Assembly: GCA_965242965.1 (NCBI GenBank)
Contig: OZ251518.1
Location: 3,104,001-3,168,000, forward strand
DNA length: 64,000 bases
Direction: 5' to 3'
DNA from: Candidatus Poribacteria bacterium
GTDB taxonomy: Bacteria > Poribacteria > WGA-4E > WGA-3G
This document shows positions 1-10,085 of the stretch, piece after piece (position 1 is the first letter of the stretch; every line of letters starts with the position of its first letter). A program made the position numbers and the translations under genes. The notes below the pieces were generated by a model. The model did not search any database, was not told the origin of the DNA, and saw only the letters and a list, made by a program, of their open reading frames with translations.

Positions 1-2034
1 GATGGCATTGGCACCGTAACCGAGCAGGACAGCAAAATGGTGTTCTTCCCTCGGGTCGCCGGCTTCGGCGATGAGGCTCGCTTGCATCCGCTTGCCTTCG
101 CGAATAAGATGGTGATGCACCGCGCCGATGGCAAGTGGCATCGGCATCGGCGCGAGCTCGGCACTGACTCCCTTGTCGCTCAGCACGAGGAGCGTCTTAC
201 CGGCTTCAATTGCCGCCGAGGCGCGTTCGCATAGCGTCTCTAAGGCAGCTTCTAACCCCGGTGTGCCGGATGCAACCGGGAAGAGGACGGGGAGCGTGAC
301 TGCCTGAAATTCTGGCATCTTTTGTGCGCGCAGTGCCGCTAACGCCGAGTTATCCAGCACGGGGGAGTCCAACCGAATCAGGCGCGCGTGTTCAGGCGTT
401 TCGGTGAGCAGACTGCCGCGTTTACCGAGGTAGGTTGTCAACGACATCACTAACCGTTCCCGCAGCGAATCTATCGGCGGGTTCGTCACCTGCGCAAAGC
501 GTTGCTTGAAATAGGTGTAGAGCATCCGCGGGTTGCGCGAGATAACAGCAGGCGGCGTATCGTCACCCATCGAACCGACAGCCTCTTTCTTTTCGGCTAT
601 CATCGGTTTGATAAACCGTTCCACATCCTCTGTCATGTAGCCGAACGCTTTCTGGTAGTTGGCGAGTTGTTCGGGGACGGTAACTTGATGCGGCACGGCT
701 GCGCTGGGGAACAGTTTTTTCAGCGGCGTGATGCCTTTCCGCACCCATTCGGCATAAGGCTTCTGCTCGGCGACGCGCTGCTTAATCGCCGCGTCTGTCA
801 GCAGCTGCCCCTTGGCTGTGTCAACGGCTATCATCTGCCCGGGTCCCAAGCGTCCCTTCTTCACAACGCGGCTCTCGTCAAGTTCAATAATACCCACCTC
901 GGAGCCCATGACGACGGTGCCGTCTTCGGTTACCTTATACCGTGCGGGCCGCAAGCCGTTCCTATCCAAACTCGCGCCGACGACGATGCCGTCCGTGAAC
1001 GCGACGGCGGCGGGGCCGTCCCACGGTTCACTCACGCAGGAGAGGTATTCATAACACGCCTTCAACGTATCGGGCATATCCGGAATCTGCTCGTAAGCTT
1101 CAGGAATCAGGCACATCATGGCATGGAGGATGTCCCTGTCGGCGTGTTGGAGGAGTTCCAGCACGTTATCCAGGCACATGGAGTCGCTGCCATGCGGGTT
1201 GATGACAGGCACGAGTTTCCGAATCTGCTCCTTCCAGAGAGGTGAACCCAGGTCTGCTTCCCGGGCGCGCATCCAGTTGCAGTTCCCCATCAAGGTATTA
1301 ATCTCACCGTTGTGCGCGAGCATGCGGAAGGGTTGCGCCAGCATCCACGTCGAGGAGGTATTCGTGCTATAGCGTTGATGAAAAACGGCAAGCGATGCCT
1401 CAAAGTCTGAGTCCCCCAGGTCTGGGTAGAAACGCGCGAGTTGCGGTGCGACGAGCAATCCTTTGTAGACAATCGTGCGGTGCGAGAACGAGGCGATGTG
1501 AAACCCGTCCGGTTCTAACGCGGCGAGGCTGTGTTCTATCTCCTTGCAGATGAGATAGAGCCGCTGCTCAAATGCGTTATCGGAGAGATGCGCCTGTCTT
1601 CCGACGAAAACTTGCTGGATATCGGGGCATGTCCGCAAGGCTTTTTCGCCGATAGCGGTGATGTCCACGGGGACTTTGCGCCATCCGAGGCGGGGTGTGC
1701 CGTATTTCTGTAGTATCTTTTCAATGCGTGCGCGGGCGAATTCGCTGGCATCCCGATTTGCGCCTGGGAAGAAGAACATGCCGACACCCAGGTCTGCTAT
1801 TGAATCGAGGTATCCTCCGAGTTTCGCTAGTTCTTTGCGGAAGAGTTTCTCTGGGAGTTGTGTTAAGATTCCCGCGCCATCCCCTGTCTTGGCATCGGCG
1901 GCGACGGCACCGCGGTGCGTCAAGTTTGTCAACGCTTGCGTCGCCATTTGAATAATATCGTGGTTCCGATGTCCGGCGCGGTTGGCGACAAATCCCACGC
2001 CACAGGCATCTTTTTCGTTTAAGTCTCTATACAT
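1..2034 (-). CDS. gltB: Glutamate synthase large subunit (5' part; runs off the window edge)
   Basis: Minus strand from ATG 2034 reads MYRDLNEKDACGVGFVAN... (Ntn amidotransferase Cys), then HRGAVAADAKTGDGAG, HQRYSTNT, HNGEINT, EPWDGPA, DRNGLRP, GSMGDD and FAQVTNPPID, all GltB motifs. Missing from the ORF track because the stop lies outside the window. Confidence 0.95.
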   Translation of the reverse strand, partial: MYRDLNEKDACGVGFVANRAGHRNHDIIQMATQALTNLTHRGAVAADAKTGDGAGILTQLPEKLFRKELAKLGGYLDSIADLGVGMFFFPGANRDASEFARARIEKILQKYGTPRLGWRKVPVDITAIGEKALRTCPDIQQVFVGRQAHLSDNAFEQRLYLICKEIEHSLAALEPDGFHIASFSHRTIVYKGLLVAPQLARFYPDLGDSDFEASLAVFHQRYSTNTSSTWMLAQPFRMLAHNGEINTLMGNCNWMRAREADLGSPLWKEQIRKLVPVINPHGSDSMCLDNVLELLQHADRDILHAMMCLIPEAYEQIPDMPDTLKACYEYLSCVSEPWDGPAAVAFTDGIVVGASLDRNGLRPARYKVTEDGTVVMGSEVGIIELDESRVVKKGRLGPGQMIAVDTAKGQLLTDAAIKQRVAEQKPYAEWVRKGITPLKKLFPSAAVPHQVTVPEQLANYQKAFGYMTEDVERFIKPMIAEKKEAVGSMGDDTPPAVISRNPRMLYTYFKQRFAQVTNPPIDSLRERLVMSLTTYLGKRGSLLTETPEHARLIRLDSPVLDNSALAALRAQKMPEFQAVTLPVLFPVASGTPGLEAALETLCERASAAIEAGKTLLVLSDKGVSAELAPMPMPLAIGAVHHHLIREGKRMQASLIAEAGDPREEHHFAVLLGYGANAI

Positions 2035-2160
2035 CTGTCAATTGATTCCATCCTTTCTGAGTAGGATATACAAAATTTCCTTAGGCCTCGGCATCGCCAG
2101 AGAGGGGGACTGTGCAATTGCAATTTGGCTAGATTGTCTCTCGCGATGCTGCTTCATAAA

Positions 2161-2189
2161 ATTATACCACAATTTTTCGCGCAAGTCAA
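2161..2189 (-). promoter_or_regulatory. Sigma70-type promoter of gltB
   Basis: Minus strand TTGACT-17 nt-TATAAT with an extended -10 TG. Confidence 0.75.
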
Positions 2190-2205
2190 GCAGGATTTCG
2201 GTTGT

Positions 2206-3816
2206 TCAATACCCGACGGCGCAGCCATCTCGCCTCGGGTCGGAACCGGCGATGAGGGTGTTGAATTGCGGATGCACGAAGATTGCTTGTCCGCCGCCAA
2301 AGAAAGTCCCCCCGGGCACGATGTGTTGTCCTTTTTGCGCCAACTCTGCCTGCGCGTTCATCGGGATGCCCTCTTCTAACATGATGCGTGAGTCGTCTAA
2401 CACCCGAAACCGAGGTGCCTCCAGTGCAGTCTGGATATCCATGTTAAAATCGACGAGGTTGCATACCAATTGTAAGTGTCCCTGCGTTTGCATCTGCCCG
2501 CCCATTACGCCGAAAGTGACTAACGGGGTGCCGTTTTGCGCAATCATGCCGGGGATGATGGTGTGCAGCGTCCGTTTATGCGGCGCGATGCAGTTGGCAT
2601 GAGTTGCATCCAGCGAGAAGCCCGCGCCTCGGTTTTGTAACATGATGCCGGTATCGCCGGCAACCAACCCGGAACCGAAGCCGGCAAAGAGGCTATTAAT
2701 GAAGGAGACGACGTTCCGTTCACTATCCACTGCGCAGAGGTAGACGGTATCTGTGCCTACCGGTGGCGCGCCCGCATTCGGTGCCGAATTTGCGCGTTCG
2801 GCAGAGATGCGCGCCCGTTGCTGCACCGTGTATGCATCGGAGAGGAGTCCATCAACCGGCACATCGACAAACCCCGGGTCTGTCACATATTCATACAAAT
2901 CCGCGAAGCCCAATTTCATCGCCTCGATGGCGTGGTGGAGATGCGCCGGTGTGTTATGTCCCATTGCGGCGATGTCAAACCCTTCCAAGATATTGAGCGC
3001 GAGGAGAGCGGCGATGCCTTGTCCGTTCGGCGGAATCTCGTAGACATCGTAACCGCGGTAGTTGACAGAGATGGGTTCCACCCAATTCGAGTCGTGTTCT
3101 TCAAAATCCTGCATCGTGAAGAGTCCGCCGTTTTCGTCGGAGAACTTCACGATTTTTTCGGCGATGTCGCCGCGGTAGAAAGCGTCCCTACCGCCTTCAG
3201 CGATGAGACGAAACGTGCGCGCGAGGTTCGGGATGCGAAACATTTCACCGGGTGCCGGTGCGCGTCCATTCTTGAGATAGGTGCGCGCCGAGTCGGGACA
3301 GCGCGATAACAATCCTGTGCTTCCCTGCCACGAGAGTCCAATCTGTGGGCTGACAGGAAATCCGTTTTCGGCATAGTCAATTGCAGGTTGCAGCACCTCT
3401 GCTAAAGACATTGTCCCGCATTCGTCCAGCAGCGTCGCCCATCCATCAATGGTGCCGGGCACCGTGACAGGATACATACTGCCGTTGGCAGGGATGCGAG
3501 TGAGTCCCTGCTGTGTAAAGAATTCAAGTTCGGCGGCGTAAGGAGCCCTGCCGCTTGCATTCAAGCCGCGGATGCGTCCGTCTTTCGGTTGGTAAACCAG
3601 CATGAAGGCATCCCCGCCAATGCCGGTTGACATCGGTTCAACGACGTTCAATATTGCGGCGGTTGCTACTGCTGCGTCAATTGCGTTACCGCCGGCGCGC
3701 AGTATCTGTAATCCGCCTTGCGCGGCGAGCGGCTGACTGGTTGCAACTGCGCCGTGTTCGCATATCACGGCTGAGCGTCCGGGGCCGAATCGGTTGGGAT
3801 GGTATCCATCAAACAC
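2206..3816 (-). CDS. ggt: Gamma-glutamyltransferase family protein
   Basis: GGNAIDAAVA, EPMSTGIGGD, autocleavage-region DTVYLCAVD, GFGSG, QNRG, KRTLHTIIP, GVMGG, SDPRRDGCAVGY. Confidence 0.93.
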   Translation of the reverse strand: MFDGYHPNRFGPGRSAVICEHGAVATSQPLAAQGGLQILRAGGNAIDAAVATAAILNVVEPMSTGIGGDAFMLVYQPKDGRIRGLNASGRAPYAAELEFFTQQGLTRIPANGSMYPVTVPGTIDGWATLLDECGTMSLAEVLQPAIDYAENGFPVSPQIGLSWQGSTGLLSRCPDSARTYLKNGRAPAPGEMFRIPNLARTFRLIAEGGRDAFYRGDIAEKIVKFSDENGGLFTMQDFEEHDSNWVEPISVNYRGYDVYEIPPNGQGIAALLALNILEGFDIAAMGHNTPAHLHHAIEAMKLGFADLYEYVTDPGFVDVPVDGLLSDAYTVQQRARISAERANSAPNAGAPPVGTDTVYLCAVDSERNVVSFINSLFAGFGSGLVAGDTGIMLQNRGAGFSLDATHANCIAPHKRTLHTIIPGMIAQNGTPLVTFGVMGGQMQTQGHLQLVCNLVDFNMDIQTALEAPRFRVLDDSRIMLEEGIPMNAQAELAQKGQHIVPGGTFFGGGQAIFVHPQFNTLIAGSDPRRDGCAVGY

Positions 3817-3848
3817 AGGTTTTTCTCCTTATCCGGTTTGTTTAGTAT

Positions 3849-3930
3849 AGTATAGCAGAAAATACATTTTTTGTCAAATTTTATTTTTACACCCCGCGCG
3901 TTTGACATCTTCACCGCGATGCGATATAAT
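3849..3930. promoter_or_regulatory. Divergent sigma70 promoters (ggt / lpdA)
   Basis: Plus: TTGACA(3902)-17-TATAAT. Minus: TTGACA-17-TATACT at about 3849-3877. Confidence 0.7.
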
Positions 3931-3980
3931 AGTCGTAATACTAGTCATAACGCTGACATTATCATCAAGGAGGTGCAAAT

Positions 3981-5366
3981 ATGGCTACCTACGACGTTGG
4001 AATTATCGGCGGCGGCCCGGGCGGTTACGTCGCCGCCATAAAAGCCGCACAACTCGGCGGCACTGTCTGTCTCATCGAAAAAGGTGACTGGGGCGGCACG
4101 TGCCTCCATCGCGGCTGCATTCCAACGAAAACGCTCTTTTCTGTCGCCACGCTTGCGACGCATATCCAAGATGCCGCCGAATTCGGGATACGGACGCGGG
4201 ACACAGGAATTGATTACACGCAAGTCCTCGCGCACAAGGCATCTGTCGTCCAGCGGTTAACAGGCGGCATTGCGCAGCTGCTGAAAGGGAACGGCGTTCA
4301 CACCCTAAACGGCACAGCGTCTCTTATCAACAAAAATAGGATTGCTGTGCTGAAATCGGACGGCACAACCGAACAGGTAGATGCCAAAAACGTGATTATC
4401 GCCACCGGTTCTGAGCCTGCCGAACCACCGATGTTTGACATTGACGAGACGCAGGTGTTGACGACGACAGGTATCCTGAATCTCACCGAACTCCCTGAAA
4501 GTCTCATCATCGTCGGGGGCGGCGTTTCGGGGTGCGAGTTCGCCTCGATTTTTAATGCACTCGGCTGTCGTGTTACCGTGCTGGAACTTCTCCCGACAAT
4601 TTTGGCGACAGAAGACGTGCAAGTTATCCGCCACATCCAACTTTTTATGAAACGAAAAGGAGTTCAAATCCACACGCGCGCGAAATTGACGCAGGTGACA
4701 AAGTCGGAAACGCACGTCACCGCGACGTTGGAATCCGGTGAAGAACTCACGGCGGAGAAGATGCTTATCTCCATTGGACGGCGTTTTAATACAGAAGGCA
4801 TCGGTTTGGAACAAGTCGGCGTTCGGACAGACAACGGCAAAATTCGCGTCGATTCGCGGATGCAGACGAACATTCCGGGCATTTACGCTGTCGGCGATGT
4901 GGCGAGCCGCTATCTATTGGCGCACGTTGCATCGGCTGAGGGAGAAGTGGCTGCGCAAAACTGCATCGGCGAAACCACAGCAATGAATTACCAAGTTATC
5001 CCCTGGTGCGTTTTCACACTCCCCGAAATCGGGCATGTCGGCATGACAGAAAAAGAGGCGACAGACGAAGGGTATCAGGTCAAAGTGGGAAGGTTTCCCT
5101 ATGCCGCCAACGGTATCGCATTGGGCATGCGCGAAACCGATGGATTCGTCAAAACGCTCGCCGATGCGGAGAGCGGTGATGTCCTCGGCGTGCATATCGT
5201 GGGCGCGCACGCTTCAATGCTTATCCATGAGGCTGCCGTGGCCATTCGCGCGGGTGCCGCGGCGAGAGACATCGCGCACACTATCCATGCGCATCCGACG
5301 CTCTCCGAGATGGTGATGGAATCGGCTTCGGCGGCGTTTGGGCAAGCGATTCATAGTCTGACTTAA
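3981..5366 (+). CDS. lpdA: Dihydrolipoamide dehydrogenase
   Basis: GGGPGGY FAD motif, redox disulfide GGTCLHRGCIPTK, GGGVSGCE, C-terminal HAHPTLSE; AAGGAGG RBS. Confidence 0.95.
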   Translation: MATYDVGIIGGGPGGYVAAIKAAQLGGTVCLIEKGDWGGTCLHRGCIPTKTLFSVATLATHIQDAAEFGIRTRDTGIDYTQVLAHKASVVQRLTGGIAQLLKGNGVHTLNGTASLINKNRIAVLKSDGTTEQVDAKNVIIATGSEPAEPPMFDIDETQVLTTTGILNLTELPESLIIVGGGVSGCEFASIFNALGCRVTVLELLPTILATEDVQVIRHIQLFMKRKGVQIHTRAKLTQVTKSETHVTATLESGEELTAEKMLISIGRRFNTEGIGLEQVGVRTDNGKIRVDSRMQTNIPGIYAVGDVASRYLLAHVASAEGEVAAQNCIGETTAMNYQVIPWCVFTLPEIGHVGMTEKEATDEGYQVKVGRFPYAANGIALGMRETDGFVKTLADAESGDVLGVHIVGAHASMLIHEAAVAIRAGAAARDIAHTIHAHPTLSEMVMESASAAFGQAIHSLT

Positions 5367-5372
5367 TCTGTC

Positions 5373-6278
5373 TTAAAACCGAACCGCCTCTTGCAATTCT
5401 GCATAGCGCGCCGAAATATCGGAAAACCGCACGCTTGTCTGACGGTTGATACTGAAATCTTCAATAGTGAAAGACGCGGCGACGGTGCCGTATATCATCG
5501 CACGGCGAACCGCTGCCTCTGACACATCGTTGACAGCGGCGAGGTGCCCGATGAACGCACCTGCGAAACTATCACCGGCACCCGTCGCGTCGATGATATG
5601 TGTGAGCGGATACGCGGGCGCGCTAAAAAAGGAGGACTCCGTAACGCTAATCGCGCCGTGCTCGCCTTTCTTGACAATCACCCGCTTCGGGCCGTAGCGC
5701 AGCATCGCGCGGGCGGCGCGCACCACATTCGTATCACCCGTGAACAGACGCGCCTCGCTCTCATTCAGGATGAGGATATCCACGTGGGCTAACGTCGCCT
5801 CCAACGCCTCACGCGCCGTGTTAATCCACACATCCATGGTATCGCACACCACCAATTTCGGACGCGCGCTCTGGGTAATAGCATGAAGTTGTAACTGCGG
5901 CGGGTTGTTCGCCAGAAAGAGATAAGACGCGTCCGTGGAAGTAGCATCCATCGCAGGTTGCACTTCGCCGACGACGTTCAAATGCGTAAAGAGTGTCTCG
6001 CGCCCGTTGAAGTCTTCGCCGTATTTGCAGCCCCATCGGAACGTTTTGCTGTTTTCAATCTGTGTTAACGCGCCAAGCGCGATGCCGAACTGCTCAAGCT
6101 GCGCCGCATACATCGGCGGAAAATCGCTACCGACGACACCAACGAGTTCCACGGGGTTATGAAAAAAACTTGCGGCGACAGCGGCGTAGACACCGGAGCC
6201 GCCCAGCACCTCTTCAACGCGCTTGCAAGGCGTTTCCACAGTATCTAGTGTGGCGGTGCCGAAGACGATAATTCCCAT
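5373..6278 (-). CDS. PfkB/ribokinase-family kinase (possibly a nucleoside/adenosine kinase)
   Basis: LGGSG, NESEA, VKKGEHGA and DATGAGDSFAG PfkB signatures. Confidence 0.88.
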   Translation of the reverse strand: MGIIVFGTATLDTVETPCKRVEEVLGGSGVYAAVAASFFHNPVELVGVVGSDFPPMYAAQLEQFGIALGALTQIENSKTFRWGCKYGEDFNGRETLFTHLNVVGEVQPAMDATSTDASYLFLANNPPQLQLHAITQSARPKLVVCDTMDVWINTAREALEATLAHVDILILNESEARLFTGDTNVVRAARAMLRYGPKRVIVKKGEHGAISVTESSFFSAPAYPLTHIIDATGAGDSFAGAFIGHLAAVNDVSEAAVRRAMIYGTVAASFTIEDFSINRQTSVRFSDISARYAELQEAVRF

Positions 6279-6335
6279 TCAATTTATTCCAGTTTTTTCT
6301 CAGATAATAGGCGGATAGCGACATCCACCCTGATG

Positions 6336-6581
6336 CTAGAAGGGCCTAGGTTTGTTCTTGTTATCTCGCATGGCACGGATGACGCGGCGGAGTCGGCGCA
6401 CAAAAATCACGCTGAGCACAAGAATAATCGGATATTGCAAGAATCCTAGCACCTTCATCAGCGTCGGATTTGCCATCCAGGCCGGGGGTGTCATCGTCTG
6501 CGAGTTTACCATCCAGATTGGGAGTAATAGCACTGCTGAGATGAGGATGAGGATGCCTTCCCAGATTTCTGATTTTTTCAT
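6336..6581 (-). CDS. Small two-TM membrane protein (81 aa)
   Basis: MKKSEIWEGILILISAVLLLPIW... with GGAGG upstream. The longer ORF-track N-terminus is translated REP DNA. Confidence 0.65.
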   Translation of the reverse strand: MKKSEIWEGILILISAVLLLPIWMVNSQTMTPPAWMANPTLMKVLGFLQYPIILVLSVIFVRRLRRVIRAMRDNKNKPRPF

Positions 6582-6629
6582 GAGTTTCCTCCGCGATGAT
6601 GTAGGCGGGTAGAGAATAGGTCTTGGCAA

Positions 6630-6860
6630 CATGCGTGGCGAGGGACAGGCCCTCGCCCTACGGTAACCGTAACTGTCTTGTATTCCGGTAGGAGAGACCT
6701 CCTGGTCTCGATGCATCCCGGTAGTTAGATTAACCGTAGCTGCCATGCGTGGCGAGGGACAGGCCCTCGCCCTACGGTAACCGTAACTGTCTTGTATTCC
6801 GGTAGGCGAGTCCTCCCGGTCTCGATGCATCCCGGTAGTTACGTTAACCGTAGCTGCTTT
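6630..6860. repeat. Tandem 115-bp duplicated REP doublet (REPIN-like)
   Basis: The unit catgcgtggcgagggacaggccctcgccctac...gtagg(a/c)gag(a/t)cctcc(t/c)ggtctcgatgcatcccggtagtta occurs at 6630 and 6745. Confidence 0.85.
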
Positions 6861-6865
6861 GGGTT

Positions 6866-8128
6866 TTAGGTGCCGATCTCCCACGAATTGAGGTATTTCT
6901 CCTGTTCTGGGGTGAGGGTGTCGATGTGGATACCGAACGCCTCTAATTTCAGGCGCGCCACGGTTTCGTCAATAGCGGCAGGCACATCGTAAACGCCTTT
7001 GTCAAAGGAGTCTCGGTTTTTGGCGATATGCTCCACCGATAACGCTTGCGTGGCGAAACTCATATCCATCACACTTGCAGGATGCCCCTCAGCGGCGGTT
7101 AAATTCACCAGTCTTCCCTCGCCGATGAGGAACAACTTTCTGCCATCGGCAAGGGTGTATGCCTCGACAAACTCGCGCGCCGTAGTTTTTTCGACGCTCA
7201 ACTTTTCCAACGCCGGAATGTCAATCTCAACGTTAAAGTGTCCCGAATTAGCGATGAGCGCGCCGTCCTTCATCACCTCAAAATGTTCCTTGCGTAGGAC
7301 ATGAATGTCGCCAGTCAAGGTAATCACCAGGTCTGCCTGTTTCACGGCTTCTGTCATCGGCATGACATGAAAGCCGTCCATCACCGCCTCAAGTGCCCTG
7401 AGTGCGTTGACTTCGGTGACGATGACCTTCGCGCCTAAGCCGCGTGCGCGGTTCGCGACACCTCTGCCGCACCAGCCGTACCCGGCGACGACAACGGTTG
7501 TCCCGGCGAGGAGGAGGTTCGTCGCGCGGATAATCCCATCGAGTGTGCTTTGCCCGGTGCCGTATCGGTTATCAAAAAAATGCTTCGTTTGCGCGTCGTT
7601 TACGGCGATGATGGGATATTTCAGCACATTTTCCGCCGCCATGCTCTTAAGGCGAATCACGCCGGTCGTTGTCTCTTCCGTGCCAGCGACTACCTGCTCC
7701 ACGAGCGCGGGGTTCGTCTCTTCCGAATGGAGACGCGAAACCAGGTCTGCGCCGTCATCCATCGTAATCGTAGGCTGCAAATCGAGCGTGGCATCGATGT
7801 GCTGATAGTAAGTTTCCGTATCTTCGCCGTTAATGGCGAAAACGGCGATGTGTTCATTGACGACGAGAGATGCGGCGACATCGTCCTGTGTGCTGAGCGG
7901 ATTGGAGGCGCAGAGTGCCACCTCGGCACCGCCTGCCTTCAGCGTTTTCATCAGGTTCGCCGTTTCGGTTGTGACATGCAGGCATGCCGCAATCGTGAAT
8001 CCATCAAGCGGACGTTCGGTTTCAAACCGCGCGCGGATGGATGCCAGAACCGGCATGAATCGGTTTGCCCAGTCAATGCGCTGTTTGCCCATCGATGCCA
8101 GTTCTGTGGTTTTAATATCGTAGTTCAT
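6866..8128 (-). CDS. ahcY: Adenosylhomocysteinase
   Basis: [58 protein letters not shown]. Confidence 0.97.
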   Translation of the reverse strand: MNYDIKTTELASMGKQRIDWANRFMPVLASIRARFETERPLDGFTIAACLHVTTETANLMKTLKAGGAEVALCASNPLSTQDDVAASLVVNEHIAVFAINGEDTETYYQHIDATLDLQPTITMDDGADLVSRLHSEETNPALVEQVVAGTEETTTGVIRLKSMAAENVLKYPIIAVNDAQTKHFFDNRYGTGQSTLDGIIRATNLLLAGTTVVVAGYGWCGRGVANRARGLGAKVIVTEVNALRALEAVMDGFHVMPMTEAVKQADLVITLTGDIHVLRKEHFEVMKDGALIANSGHFNVEIDIPALEKLSVEKTTAREFVEAYTLADGRKLFLIGEGRLVNLTAAEGHPASVMDMSFATQALSVEHIAKNRDSFDKGVYDVPAAIDETVARLKLEAFGIHIDTLTPEQEKYLNSWEIGT

Positions 8129-8179
8129 TAATTCTCCGGTAGTGCGCGATTTGAAACCGCGCCTACAAGTTTTGCACGC

Positions 8180-9304
8180 CTATTGGAGTTTTTCGGCGTA
8201 ATCGGTTTTTTCCCATGTGAACCCCGGTTCCTCGCGCCCAAAATGGCCGTAAGCCGCGGTGTTTCGATAGATAGGCTGCCGTAGTTTCAAACGCTCAATA
8301 ATACCGCCCGGCGTTAAATCGAAGTGCGTGTTCACCAACTTGGTGAGTGCCTCGTCCTCGCCGGTGCCAAACGTATCCACCATCACGGAGACAGGCTCTT
8401 TTCTGCCGATGGCGTAAGAGAGTTGAATCTCACACCGTTCGGCGAGCCCCGCGGCGACGAGGTTCTTCGCGACGTGGCGTGCGGCGTAAGTTGCACTCCT
8501 GTCGACTTTCGTCGGGTCCTTCCCAGAAAGGGCTCCTCCGCCGTGCCGTCCCATGCCGCCGTAAGTATCCACGATAATTTTTCGGCCTGTTAACCCGGCA
8601 TCCCCTTGCGGGCCGCCCGTAACAAAACGCCCGGTGGGGTTGATATGATATTGCACGTTGGGAGCGAGGAGATGTTCGGGGATAATGTTTTTGATAACCT
8701 CCTCGATGATAGCCTCGCGCAATGTGGCATCCGCAACATCGGGATGGTGTTGCGCGGCGACGACTACGGTAGTAACAGCCTTCGGCTTGCTGTCAACGTA
8801 TTCCACGGTTACCTGCGATTTTCCATCGGGACGGATGAAATCGAGGGTGCCCTCTTTGCGCACTTGTGCCAAGCGTCGGGCCAGTTGGTGCGCGAGCATA
8901 ATCGGGAGCGGCATCAGTTCTGCGGTTTCGGTGCATGCGTATCCGAACATGATACCCTGGTCGCCTGCGCCGCCGGGGTTTACGCCTATCGCAATGTCGG
9001 GCGACTGTTTGTCAATGAGGCTGAGGATTGCGCTGTGTTCGGCATCGAAGCCGTAGGCGATGTCGGTATACCCGATGTCGCGGACAACTTGGCGTGCGAT
9101 GTTTTGGATATCGTAATTCGCGGTAGTGGTGATTTCACCGGTGATGATGGCGAGCCCGGTGGTTACCATCGTTTCGCAAGCGACTCTGGCACCCGGGTCT
9201 TCGGCGAATATGGTATCTAACACTGCGTCGGAAACCTGGTCTGCGATTTTATCGGGATGTCCTTCGGTGACAGATTCGGACGTAAAGAGGAAATGTTTGC
9301 TCAA
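8180..9304 (-). CDS. metK: S-adenosylmethionine synthetase
   Basis: [47 protein letters not shown]. Confidence 0.97.
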   Translation of the reverse strand: MSKHFLFTSESVTEGHPDKIADQVSDAVLDTIFAEDPGARVACETMVTTGLAIITGEITTTANYDIQNIARQVVRDIGYTDIAYGFDAEHSAILSLIDKQSPDIAIGVNPGGAGDQGIMFGYACTETAELMPLPIMLAHQLARRLAQVRKEGTLDFIRPDGKSQVTVEYVDSKPKAVTTVVVAAQHHPDVADATLREAIIEEVIKNIIPEHLLAPNVQYHINPTGRFVTGGPQGDAGLTGRKIIVDTYGGMGRHGGGALSGKDPTKVDRSATYAARHVAKNLVAAGLAERCEIQLSYAIGRKEPVSVMVDTFGTGEDEALTKLVNTHFDLTPGGIIERLKLRQPIYRNTAAYGHFGREEPGFTWEKTDYAEKLQ

Positions 9305-9333
9305 GTCAATGCTCCTAGTTTGCGTATTTATTT

Positions 9334-9999
9334 GGGTGTTTCATATATTGTGATGTCTTCCCCGTAGGAGAGACCTCCTGGTCTCGATGCAATAGGGCGG
9401 CAGAAAGCTCCCTTCATCGTAGGGCGAGGGTCTGTCCCTCGCCATGCCTAAGGTCTGTAAGACCTTAATGTCTATAGCATCTGCATCGCAGCGCACCCTA
9501 AGGTCTGTAGGACCTTAATGTGCCACTGCTCACCTCGCTGCCGCTGGATTAAGGACCTAAAGGACCTTGAAAAAGGGCTGACACGTGTTCTATAGACATT
9601 AAGGTCCTAAAGGACCTAAGACAGCATCTTGACGATGGCGATCGCGGGGGACAGGCCCCCGCGCTACGGTGAAAAACGCCTCTCCTTTCTCTTCAGGTGC
9701 TAACGACCTAAAACGCTCCTCTTGGTGATGGAGCTCGCGGGGGACAGGCCCCCGCGCTACGGTGAAAAACGTCTCTCGTTTCTCTTCAGGTCCTTTAGGT
9801 CCTGCATGTCTATAGCACGCGCGGCCGCGAAGAGCCCTAAGGTCCTTTAGGTCCTTAATGGATTTTGCTGTGCCGCGTGTTTTCATGATTAAGGACCTAA
9901 AGGACCTTGAAAACAGTGGCATGTCTGTTTTTCTATAGACATTAAGGACCTAAAGGACCTAAAGAGGCATCCCATCCATAACAGATATATGAAACACCC
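9334..9999. mobile_element. Non-coding MITE-like cassette of REPs and 9-bp-period repeats, bounded by 15-bp perfect inverted repeats
   Basis: GGGTGTTTCATATAT (9334-9348) and ATATATGAAACACCC (9985-9999). The interior has GTAG-REPs and (t/a)aaggacct repeats. Confidence 0.6.
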
Positions 10000-10085
10000 T
10001 CATTTATTTGGGGATATAGCGAATCCGGTGGGCGCGCTTTGAAAACACGCGCCCACTGGTTGCATGCGGGAGAACTGCCGCGCGG

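Noticed and set aside
9305-9360. SAM riboswitch upstream of metK
   Set aside because: No recognisable SAM-I/II core could be seen; the region is occupied by the repeat cassette.
9599-9922. ORFs reading ARGPVPR / IKDLKDL / SSGAPAP / QDFQDF (also at 14296, 43166, 48605-49246, 49886-50742 and 55387)
   Set aside because: Spurious translations of repeat elements.
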